NCBI GenBank assembly: GCA_964499325.1
Contig: CAZCKS010000004.1
Coordinates: forward strand, 1 to 45,623
Length of the DNA: 45,623 nt
Direction: 5' to 3'
Origin: an uncultured Bacteroides sp.
GTDB lineage: Bacteria; Bacillota; Clostridia; Christensenellales; CAG-917
Shown: piece after piece, positions 1 through 8,068 of the stretch
Layout: the number at the start of each line of letters is the position of its first letter
Position numbering within the stretch: the first letter of the stretch is position 1
Notes under the pieces: generated by a model
Database searches by the model: none
Told to the model about the DNA's origin: nothing
What the model saw: the letters and a program-made list of their open reading frames with translations, nothing else
Program-made: the position numbers and the translations under genes

Positions 1-836
1 TCGAACTTGGTAGCAACACATTTATCCCGGGCTTTGAAGATCAACTTGTCGGCGTGAAAGCAGGCGATGTAAAAGATGTCAAAGTCACTTTCCCCGAAAA
101 CTATCAAGCAGAAAATCTTGCAGGTAAAGAAGCGGTATTCGCATGCACGGTTAAGGCTGTTAAGGTTAAGGAACTTCCCAAAGTTGATGACGAATTCGTA
201 AAAGAAATTTCTGAATTTGACACTCTTGCGGATTACAAGGCAGACGTCAAGGCTCAACTCACAAAAGAGGCTCAAGATAAAGCAGATAGAGATTTTGAGG
301 ACGAAGTGGTTGAAAAAATTGTCGACGCGTCAACGGTTGAGATTCCGAACGCAATGGTAGAGCGCGAAGCGGACGATATGGTTCATGAATTTGAATATCG
401 CCTCATGTATCAAGGTCTCAAACTCGAAGATTATCTCAAATATCTCAACATGACGAGAGAACAACTTGTTGAGCAATACAAAGACCAAGCACAAAAGACT
501 GTTAAAGTGCGTCTTGTTATGGAAGCGCTTATTAAGGCTGAAGACCTCAAGATCGAAGACAAAGAGATCGAGGACAAGATGGCTCAATTTGCAGAACAAA
601 GTTCTCAAACAGTTGAAGAGTTCAAGAAGACGCTCCACAAAGAGCAAGTCGATTATATTGTCAACTCTATCATGAATGAGAAACTTCTCGACATGCTTAC
701 CAAAGCAAACATTGCAAAGAAAGCACCTGCAAAGAAGGCTGAATCCGCAGAGGATGACGCAGTTCTAGAGGAAAAGAAACCCGCCGCAAAAAAAGCGACA
801 AAAAAGGCTACCAAGGCTGAAGATAAAGCGGAATAA
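1..836 (+). CDS. tig: Trigger factor, 5'-truncated by the window edge
   Basis: Frame is open from base 3 (ELGSNTFIPGFEDQLVG, FKBP-domain signature), then VTFPENYQAENLAGK; sits upstream of clpP-clpX. Confidence 0.97.
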   Translation, partial: ELGSNTFIPGFEDQLVGVKAGDVKDVKVTFPENYQAENLAGKEAVFACTVKAVKVKELPKVDDEFVKEISEFDTLADYKADVKAQLTKEAQDKADRDFEDEVVEKIVDASTVEIPNAMVEREADDMVHEFEYRLMYQGLKLEDYLKYLNMTREQLVEQYKDQAQKTVKVRLVMEALIKAEDLKIEDKEIEDKMAQFAEQSSQTVEEFKKTLHKEQVDYIVNSIMNEKLLDMLTKANIAKKAPAKKAESAEDDAVLEEKKPAAKKATKKATKAEDKAE

Positions 837-1008
837 GTTTATCTCTCTTTGTGTAAAATTAAAGTGTTTTGACAAAAACATATATGCTCGTCTTTCCGCT
901 TGCAAAACTGCAAGCGGAAAGCGTATAAACAATACGTTTTGAAAATCGCGTAAAGGATTTTCACACAATCGGATTTTCCCAATGTGAGAGCATCCGACGG
1001 AGGACATT

Positions 1009-1605
1009 ATGAACATCAGAAATCAACTTATACCTATGGTTGTCGAGCAAACGGGTAGAGGCGAACGCTCTTATGACATTTATTCTCGCCTTTTGGAAGA
1101 CAGAATTATCTTTTTGACAGGCGAAATAGACGATAACGTCGCAGACCTTGTCGTTGCACAACTTATTTATCTTGAGGGCAAAGATTCCACAAAAGATATT
1201 AGTTTGTACATTAATAGCCCGGGCGGTTCGGTATCGGCAGGCTTTGCCATTTACGATACGATGAACTATATCAAGTGCGATGTGTCTACAATTTGCATAG
1301 GTATGGCGGCATCGATGGGAGCGTTTTTGCTTTCTTCTGGTGCAAAGGGCAAGAGATATGCTCTTCCAAATGCAAAGGTGATGATACATCAACCTTTGGG
1401 CGGTGCGCAAGGACAAGCAAGCGATATTGCCATCCAAGCAAACGAGATTCTCAAGACCAAAAAGCGCATAAACGATATTCTTGCGCAAAACACGTCTCAA
1501 CCGCTTTCAAAAATTGAAATCGATACTGACAGGGACTTTTATATGACTGCCGAAGAGGCGGAAAAATACGGTCTTGTGGACAAGATTTTCTATTCGAGAA
1601 AATAA
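1009..1605 (+). CDS. clpP: ATP-dependent Clp protease proteolytic subunit
   Basis: [22 protein letters not shown] (catalytic Ser), [11 protein letters not shown]; SD GGAGG at 999-1003. Confidence 0.98.
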   Translation: MNIRNQLIPMVVEQTGRGERSYDIYSRLLEDRIIFLTGEIDDNVADLVVAQLIYLEGKDSTKDISLYINSPGGSVSAGFAIYDTMNYIKCDVSTICIGMAASMGAFLLSSGAKGKRYALPNAKVMIHQPLGGAQGQASDIAIQANEILKTKKRINDILAQNTSQPLSKIEIDTDRDFYMTAEEAEKYGLVDKIFYSRK

Positions 1606-1758
1606 TTCAAGAAAAAAGCATAAAGATTGGTAAAATCCTGTTTTTTGGCTGTTTTCTTGGCAAAGAATAAATAATTACGCCAAATTGCCTGACTTTATAG
1701 GGCAAATGTAAGACGATCGCGCAAAGGCGAGTTCGTCTTAACGGAGTATAAAATAGGT

Positions 1759-3018
1759 ATGGAAAACTATCATAAAGAACAACATTGTAGTTTTTGCGGA
1801 AGGGGCGCAAGCGAGGTCGAAAAGATTATCAGCGGTCCCAACGGCATAAACATCTGCAACGAATGCATTGACGAGTGCGTTTATTTGCTCGGCAAAGACC
1901 AAAAGGATGCTAACGACAGCGTAAGTCTTTACACGCCAAAGGAAATTAAGGCGAAACTCGATGAGTATATCATTGGACAAGACAGCGCAAAACGCGTGCT
2001 TTCGGTTGCCGTATACAATCACTATAAGCGTGTAAATCAAATGCGCAACAAGAAGAACGATGACGTAGTCATCGAAAAGAGCAACGTTCTCTTGCTCGGA
2101 CCTACCGGATCGGGTAAAACTTTGCTTGCAAAGACTCTTGCGCAAATTCTCAACGTGCCTTTTGCTGTGGCAGACGCAACGACGCTTACAGAGGCAGGTT
2201 ATGTCGGCGAGGATGTCGAGAATATCCTTCTCAAACTCATTCAATCCGCCAACGGAGACCTTAAACGTGCAGAAATCGGCATTGTTTATATCGATGAAAT
2301 CGATAAAATCGCAAAGAAAGGTGAGAATGTGTCCATTACACGTGATGTAAGCGGAGAGGGTGTGCAACAAGCATTGCTCAAAATCATTGAAGGTACGGTC
2401 GCGAACGTACCTCCTCAAGGCGGAAGAAAACACCCCAATCAAGAGTGCTATCAACTTGATACGACAAATATCTTGTTCCTCTGTGGTGGCGCATTTGTTG
2501 ACCTTGACAAGATTATTGACCAACGCAAAGACAATTCAAAACTCGGCTTCGGTTCTGCTGTCAAAGGTACTGTCGATTATCGATATGATGAACTCATCCA
2601 GTCTTTGCAACCGGCAGATCTCATCAAATACGGTCTTATTCCCGAATTTGTGGGGCGTGTTCCTATTGTTGTCGGACTCAATGCGCTTGATGAGAGCGCG
2701 CTTGTAAAGATTTTGTCCGAGCCGAAGAATGCTCTTACAAAACAATATAAGTATCAGTTTGAACTTGACGGCGTAAAACTTGAATTTGAGGACGACGCGC
2801 TTAAAGCGGTGGCGAATAAGGCAATACAACTTAATACGGGCGCAAGAGGCTTGAGGGCAATTCTCGAAGATGTTTTGCTTGAACTCATGTTTGATATTCC
2901 GTCAAACAAGAATATTGACAAGGTTATTGTGACAAAAGCGTCCATTGAAAAGAGCGAAAAACCAATCGTTGTATACAAACAACAAGATGGCGATTTAAAC
3001 GGTCAAATTATTGCATAA
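1759..3018 (+). CDS. clpX: Clp protease ATPase subunit
   Basis: CSFC..ICNEC zinc finger, [40 protein letters not shown]. Confidence 0.98.
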   Translation: MENYHKEQHCSFCGRGASEVEKIISGPNGINICNECIDECVYLLGKDQKDANDSVSLYTPKEIKAKLDEYIIGQDSAKRVLSVAVYNHYKRVNQMRNKKNDDVVIEKSNVLLLGPTGSGKTLLAKTLAQILNVPFAVADATTLTEAGYVGEDVENILLKLIQSANGDLKRAEIGIVYIDEIDKIAKKGENVSITRDVSGEGVQQALLKIIEGTVANVPPQGGRKHPNQECYQLDTTNILFLCGGAFVDLDKIIDQRKDNSKLGFGSAVKGTVDYRYDELIQSLQPADLIKYGLIPEFVGRVPIVVGLNALDESALVKILSEPKNALTKQYKYQFELDGVKLEFEDDALKAVANKAIQLNTGARGLRAILEDVLLELMFDIPSNKNIDKVIVTKASIEKSEKPIVVYKQQDGDLNGQIIA

Positions 3019-3022
3019 CGTC

Positions 3023-3050
3023 AAAACAGCGCATCTAATGCGCTGTTTTT
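3023..3050 (+). terminator. Intrinsic terminator after clpX
   Basis: AAAACAGCGCAT-CTA-ATGCGCTGTTTTT. Confidence 0.7.
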
Positions 3051-3080
3051 GTGCCATTTGTAAAAAGAGAGGAGGGCGAG

Positions 3081-3713
3081 ATGATTAAACAAGCAAAATT
3101 TGTTATATCTGTTGCTGATGCTAAAAGCGTACCCGATTACGGAGTACCCGAGATTGCTATCGCAGGCAAATCGAATGTCGGCAAATCTTCGTTTATCAAT
3201 TTTATGGTGAATCAAAACAAACTTGCCAAAACATCGCAAGAGCCGGGACGCACAAGATTGCTCAATTATTTTGAAATAAATAAAGGCGAATATTATTTTG
3301 TGGATTTGCCCGGATATGGCTATGCGAGAGTAAATAGACAAGAAAAGCAAAAATGGGGCGGACTTATAGAAAATTATCTGCGCACAAGCAATAATCTTAT
3401 CAATGTGTTTGTACTTGTGGATATGCGCCACGAGCCGACGGACGATGATAAGATGCTTATCAATTATCTGTATACATACAATATTCCTTTTACCATCATC
3501 GCAACCAAAGCGGATAAACTTTCACGTGCGCAACAGCAGAAATGCAGGGCGGTTATCGCCTCTGCGTTGTGTGTTGGAATAAATGATATTATCGTTACGT
3601 CGTCTTCTGCAAAGATTGGCAAAGAGGCTGTAAATGCTCGAATAGATATGCTTATTGAAAATGTTAAACAACACACCGATGAGGAGCAAAATGTCGGTGA
3701 AGAGGAGATTTGA
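3081..3713 (+). CDS. engB: Ribosome biogenesis GTPase YsxC/YihA
   Basis: GKSNVGKSS, DLPGYG, TKADK; ATG at 3081 after SD AGGAGG. Confidence 0.96.
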   Translation: MIKQAKFVISVADAKSVPDYGVPEIAIAGKSNVGKSSFINFMVNQNKLAKTSQEPGRTRLLNYFEINKGEYYFVDLPGYGYARVNRQEKQKWGGLIENYLRTSNNLINVFVLVDMRHEPTDDDKMLINYLYTYNIPFTIIATKADKLSRAQQQKCRAVIASALCVGINDIIVTSSSAKIGKEAVNARIDMLIENVKQHTDEEQNVGEEEI

Positions 3714-3745
3714 CGTTTTAGTAAGACAAAATTTTTGACAAGATT

Positions 3746-3788
3746 AAAATCGTCAAAATCGAATAAAACATCGATTTTGGCGATTTTT
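3746..3788. terminator. Bidirectional terminator between convergent engB and the phosphoesterase
   Basis: AAAATCGTCAAAATCGA...TCGATTTTGGCGATTTTT. Confidence 0.65.
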
Positions 3789-3845
3789 CTTTAAAAACAA
3801 TTCTAAAAAACAACAAAATATAAAATACTTTGCGCAATTTTGCCT

Positions 3846-4631
3846 TTAAATCGCGCAAACTTCGATTAATTTGTTATCGACAAGATCGCAAGATGTCAAT
3901 ATATATTCTATACCGTTTTTTTGAAGGCGAGGTGTAACTCGGACGTTTTTTCCGTGCAGGTGTCCGTAAAGAACATAATTGACATTGTATTCTTCAAGCA
4001 GATCGGTTAGCGGAGTGTTTTGATATGTTGCGTCAAACGGTGGATAGTGTAGAATGACTATAAGTGTATCGCCTTCTTTCAGAAGAGACTTCGCGCTGGA
4101 TAGTGACAGATTGAGCCTTGTCAATTCTCTGTTGAATATTTTTTCATCCTCTTCCGTTGTGTCTTTTGAGGGGATATTCCATCCTCTTGTGCCCGCAATA
4201 ACAACGGCCCTGTCTTCGTCGATTATTGGAGGTTGGGTGTTTTTATTGCGTTTTGACTCCTGTTCTGTAAAAAGTTTTGCGTCATGAGGGGCGTTTTTCG
4301 ATATTCTATACGCATTGTTTTGTACAAAATGAAAATCTTTAAAGTTGGCTCTCATTTTGCCTAAAGAGTTCCAATAATAATCGTGATTGCCTTTTACAAC
4401 GTACTTTTCGCCCGGAAGCACCGACACAAGGTTATAGTCGGGGGTTGCTTCCTCTATTGTCAAACCCCAAGACATATCTCCGCCAAGCAAAACAAGGTCA
4501 TCGTCCGTGACCTTTTGTTGCCAATCTTCACAAATTTTCTGGAAGTGGTTTGCCCAGCCGTCTCCGAATATATCCATGGGTTTTTCGACGGCGGTGGAGA
4601 GATGTAAATCGCTTATTGCAAAGATTTTCAT
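3846..4631 (-). CDS. Calcineurin-like metallophosphoesterase
   Basis: ISDLH, GGDMSW, KGNHD, LHYPP, YGHLH motifs. Confidence 0.9.
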   Translation of the reverse strand: MKIFAISDLHLSTAVEKPMDIFGDGWANHFQKICEDWQQKVTDDDLVLLGGDMSWGLTIEEATPDYNLVSVLPGEKYVVKGNHDYYWNSLGKMRANFKDFHFVQNNAYRISKNAPHDAKLFTEQESKRNKNTQPPIIDEDRAVVIAGTRGWNIPSKDTTEEDEKIFNRELTRLNLSLSSAKSLLKEGDTLIVILHYPPFDATYQNTPLTDLLEEYNVNYVLYGHLHGKNVRVTPRLQKNGIEYILTSCDLVDNKLIEVCAI

Positions 4632-4637
4632 AAATAT

Positions 4638-4666
4638 ATATTAGCACACGTTTTTTGTTTTTTCAA
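4638..4666 (-). promoter_or_regulatory. sigA promoter, predicted leaderless mRNA
   Basis: Minus strand TTGAAA-N17-TAATAT with TGn extension, then 6 nt to the ATG at 4631; no SD. Confidence 0.65.
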
Positions 4667-4785
4667 TTATTTGTGCGGTTATATATTTGTCGTAAGGGTG
4701 TAATTTGTGGTTGCTTTTGAAAGTGGGGTGTGCTTTTGGTAAAATCGTGTATGGAATAATAATTACATATAATATTCTTTTATAT

Positions 4786-4814
4786 AAAAATGACGACTTG
4801 CGCCGTCATTTTTT
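4786..4814 (-). terminator. Terminator downstream of the Cys/Thr-rich gene
   Basis: AAAAATGACG-ACTTGCGC-CGTCATTTTTT. Confidence 0.6.
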
Positions 4815-4833
4815 AAGTAGCGGATAATCCTTG

Positions 4834-5466
4834 TTATGTTGGGAATATCGGCATGTCGAATACGCCTTGGCAGGCGTCTTGGCTAAATTCCGTGCATGGC
4901 GGAATTTTGCAATATCCGTATGATGGGACAAGTAGGTTGACGGGGGCTTGCACGCTTAAAATTATCGTTACGCAAGCGATAATTGAGAATGTGTTTTCGC
5001 TCACATACGTGCCTCTGGGGGAGGACATGTTTACTGTTGCGCCAATGGAAGGTGTAATTACGCTACCGCTTGGAACGCACATCACCACGTCTTGGGACAC
5101 GGAAATTGTGCTTGTGCCTGTGCCTTGCGTACCGCTTGCGTCGGTATAGGCGATTTGCACGGGGATTGATACCGTTGTTGTTACTCTCGATAGTCCCGGT
5201 CTGTCGGCAATCGGCGTTATTGTTAGCGATGTAATTGTGCCCGTAGACGACGTTGATGAACCGCTGACAAAGGTTAGTGGTAGGGTTGGGGTTGACGGCG
5301 AAAGATTGGTAAGTGTTACGGTGGAGTCGATACTTGACTGCATCATGCATGCGTCAAATATTTTGACTGTTTGAATGCATACCTTTTCGCATAATCCGTT
5401 TGTCGGATTGCCGTTGATGTTCCCGGGACATCTGTCTTGTGTTGGATTGTTGTTGCAAAAAGACAT
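4834..5466 (-). CDS. Cys/Thr/Ser-rich hypothetical protein, probable spore coat/exosporium component (210 aa)
   Basis: ATG at 5466 after SD AAAGGAGG; Cys-rich ends (CEKVCIQTVKIFDAC; PSYGYCKIPPC); sigK-type promoter upstream. Confidence 0.65.
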   Translation of the reverse strand: MSFCNNNPTQDRCPGNINGNPTNGLCEKVCIQTVKIFDACMMQSSIDSTVTLTNLSPSTPTLPLTFVSGSSTSSTGTITSLTITPIADRPGLSRVTTTVSIPVQIAYTDASGTQGTGTSTISVSQDVVMCVPSGSVITPSIGATVNMSSPRGTYVSENTFSIIACVTIILSVQAPVNLLVPSYGYCKIPPCTEFSQDACQGVFDMPIFPT

Positions 5467-5493
5467 CTTTTTACCTCCTTTTATGGTTGTTGC

Positions 5494-5522
5494 AATATAT
5501 GCGATGTGGCGTTTTGATGTGA
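5494..5522 (-). promoter_or_regulatory. sigK-type promoter
   Basis: Minus strand tcACA-N16-CATATATT fits the sigK consensus. Confidence 0.6.
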
Positions 5523-5697
5523 ATTTTGGCATTTTATGCATGTAAAAAATTGCGAGAATTACTAAAAAATCGACTGTTTAGAGACTGTTTTTCTGTCTTG
5601 ATTTTTTATAAAAACGAGGTTTTGTATATAGTTAACTTGTAAACTTATAAAATTTTATCAAAACCAAAAAATCTCTCTAAATAGTGCAAAAAATTTT

Positions 5698-5749
5698 GTG
5701 GGCAAAAGTGGAAAATTTTATTGACAAGCGAATGATATTGTTATACAAT
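5698..5749 (+). promoter_or_regulatory. dcw sigA promoter with putative MraZ-binding repeats
   Basis: TTGACA(5721)-N17-TACAAT(5744); GTGG direct repeats 10 bp apart at 5698 and 5708. Confidence 0.7.
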
Positions 5750-5814
5750 AACAAGCGTAAAGGGTGTATTGCACTCAAAAACGGCTCAAAAGGCAATTTT
5801 GTAAGGGAAGTAAA

Positions 5815-6258
5815 ATGGCAAAATTCATGCTCGGCAATTATCGTCATTCGCTTGACGAGAAAAATAGGTTCAGGATTCCTGTCAAGTTCCGTGAAGGGCT
5901 TGGCGCAAATCCCTATTATATGCCCGGCAAAAATGGTTGCATTTACATTGTCCCCGAAGAAAGATTTGAAGAGATGTTTGCGCCGTTTATCAATCAAAAT
6001 CCGTACACGTCGGATATAGATGAGTTTACCTCAAGCGTGTTTGCTTTCAGCGGTCCGCTCGAAGAAGACGCACAGGGAAGAGTTGCGCTGGATAAGAATA
6101 TTAAAGAAAAGTTCGGCGTCAACAAAGAAATGGTCTTTGTGGGCAAAGCGACTTACCTTGAAGTGTGGCCGAGCGAAACTTGGGACGAAAGATACGGAGT
6201 GCTTGATCCGGATAAGATAAACAAGATGATTCAAGACCTCAAGAAATACGGGGTGTGA
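5815..6258 (+). CDS. mraZ: Transcriptional regulator MraZ
   Basis: GNYRHSLDEKNRFRIP and DAQGRV motifs, LEVW; precedes rsmH; ATG 5815 after AAGGGA. Confidence 0.92.
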   Translation: MAKFMLGNYRHSLDEKNRFRIPVKFREGLGANPYYMPGKNGCIYIVPEERFEEMFAPFINQNPYTSDIDEFTSSVFAFSGPLEEDAQGRVALDKNIKEKFGVNKEMVFVGKATYLEVWPSETWDERYGVLDPDKINKMIQDLKKYGV

Positions 6259-7196
6259 CAATGGAGTTTTCGCACGTATCCGTGATGTTGAGAGAGTGCA
6301 TCGACGGGCTTGATATTAAGAGCGACGGCATATATGTCGACGGCACTGTAGGAGGCGCAGGACACTCGATAGAGATTGTCAAGAGGCTTTCCGATAAGGG
6401 CAGGTTGATTGCCGTGGATAAGGACAGCGAGGCTCTTAAAGCGTCAAAAGAAAGACTGAACGATTATCTTGATAAAGTCACTTTCGTACACGACGATTAC
6501 AAAAATCTCATAGCCAACCTTGATATGCTGGGAATAGACAGGGTGGACGGAATACTTCTCGACCTCGGCGTTTCAAGTCCTCAACTGGACAATGCCGAAA
6601 GAGGATTCAGTTATATGAAGGACGCACCTCTCGATATGAGGATGGATCGCGACCAGACGCTTACCGCCTATGAGGTTGTCAACAATTTTGAAGAATCGGA
6701 TATAGCGAGAATACTCTTTGAATACGGTGAGGAGAAACTATCGAGAGTGATTGCAAAGAACATCGTGCGTCAAAGAGAGAGGAAGCCGATCGAGACGACG
6801 TTGGAACTTGCCAAAATCGTCGAAGACAGTTATCCTGCCAAGACGAGATGGAAATTCGGGCATCCTGCAAAGAGAACGTTCCAAGCGATTAGGATACAGG
6901 TTAATGGCGAACTTTCTCGACTTGAAGAGGCTGTAACCGAAATGGCGAGACGTCTTAAAAAGGGCGGAAGAATGGCGGTGATAACATTCCATTCTCTCGA
7001 AGACAGAATTGTAAAATCGGCGTTTAAGCAATTATCTCTTGCTTGCACCTGTCCTCCGGATTTCCCGGTGTGCGTGTGTGGTAAGGTACAAGAGGTAGAA
7101 CTTGTAAACAAAAAACCGATTGTAGCAAGCGAAGAAGAACTTGAGCGTAATCCTCGCTCGCAAAGCGCGAAACTGCGCATAATCGAAAGATTGTAA
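6255..7196 (+). CDS. rsmH: 16S rRNA m4C1402 methyltransferase
   Basis: HVSVM, DGTVGGAGHS, DLGVSSPQLD, PLDMRMD, FHSLEDRIVK, NPRSQSAKLR. Confidence 0.98.
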   Translation: MTMEFSHVSVMLRECIDGLDIKSDGIYVDGTVGGAGHSIEIVKRLSDKGRLIAVDKDSEALKASKERLNDYLDKVTFVHDDYKNLIANLDMLGIDRVDGILLDLGVSSPQLDNAERGFSYMKDAPLDMRMDRDQTLTAYEVVNNFEESDIARILFEYGEEKLSRVIAKNIVRQRERKPIETTLELAKIVEDSYPAKTRWKFGHPAKRTFQAIRIQVNGELSRLEEAVTEMARRLKKGGRMAVITFHSLEDRIVKSAFKQLSLACTCPPDFPVCVCGKVQEVELVNKKPIVASEEELERNPRSQSAKLRIIERL

Positions 7197-7243
7197 GAAA
7201 TAACAATAATAAAACATATAAAAACAAGATTATAAAGAAAGGG

Positions 7244-7293
7244 GATAAATCGATTATCTAACAGGGTGAAAAATAGATAAATCGATAATCTAA
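7244..7293. repeat. Tandem 18-bp imperfect palindromes, putative operator pair
   Basis: GATAAATCGATTATCTAA (7244-7261) and GATAAATCGATAATCTAA (7276-7293); 17/18 identical, 32 bp apart. Confidence 0.6.
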
Positions 7294-7306
7294 AAAGGGG
7301 TATATT

Positions 7307-8068
7307 ATGGCAATCACGTTGGATGAATTGTTGGGAAGAAACACACAAAGCGTAAGCACACAAAGCACTACGCAATTTCCATCATACGAAGACTTTAAGT
7401 CCTCGCGCAATACGTATGCGCAAAACAATAATAGAGAACAAAACAGCGTTCGCTATAATTTTGACATGGCACCTGCACAAGCCCCCAGAAGCGTTGAAAG
7501 CGTAAGAAATTACGAGGCAAATCGTCCTTACGTCACTCCTCAATCGAGCGAATATCAAACGCGCGAATACCCTTTCTATGATAATTTGCGTGCAAATAGC
7601 GTTGCTCAACCCGTGCAATATCAAGCACCCGTGCAAACGTATGAGCAACCTCAATATGTTGAAATGCCTGTCGCACAACAATCAGAAAGTTATTATGAGT
7701 TTAACGCTCATGACAGCGAGAGATTGAGCGAACAAGAACTTTATGACAGACTTACGTATTCAAGCGCAACGCCTGCAATGGGACAAGAGCAAAAGACTCG
7801 TACTTCCATATTTGCTCGCAGAGCAGAGAAGACTCAAGATGTGTCTGAACAAAAACAACGCGCAAAACTCAACACCAAAGGTAAAATAATCCTTGGCGTG
7901 TATCTTGCAGTCATTGCACTTGTTGCGTCTCTAATCATAGTAAACGCAACGAGAATTAATGACGGCAAAGCGGTGACGCCGACATCCAAAGTGTCAGCAA
8001 GCGCAATTCAAAATGTGAATAATGCGGAATCTTTTGAAATAGATTCTAAATATGAAGTTCGCATCTAA
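7307..8068 (+). CDS. Hypothetical bitopic membrane protein in the ftsL position
   Basis: SD AAGGGG; about 190 aa Q/Y/P/S-rich N-terminus, basic patch, one TM segment (IILGVYLAVIALVASLIIV), about 40 aa C-tail. Confidence 0.75.
   Translation: MAITLDELLGRNTQSVSTQSTTQFPSYEDFKSSRNTYAQNNNREQNSVRYNFDMAPAQAPRSVESVRNYEANRPYVTPQSSEYQTREYPFYDNLRANSVAQPVQYQAPVQTYEQPQYVEMPVAQQSESYYEFNAHDSERLSEQELYDRLTYSSATPAMGQEQKTRTSIFARRAEKTQDVSEQKQRAKLNTKGKIILGVYLAVIALVASLIIVNATRINDGKAVTPTSKVSASAIQNVNNAESFEIDSKYEVRI
8019..8045 (+). promoter_or_regulatory. sigE-type promoter of spoVD, predicted leaderless
   Basis: ATA-N16-AATAGATT, then 6 nt to ATG 8052; no SD. Confidence 0.5.

Noticed and set aside
869-897. TTGACA upstream of clpP as a sigA promoter
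   Set aside because: No -10 hexamer at 16-18 nt; that position falls in the GC-rich hairpin
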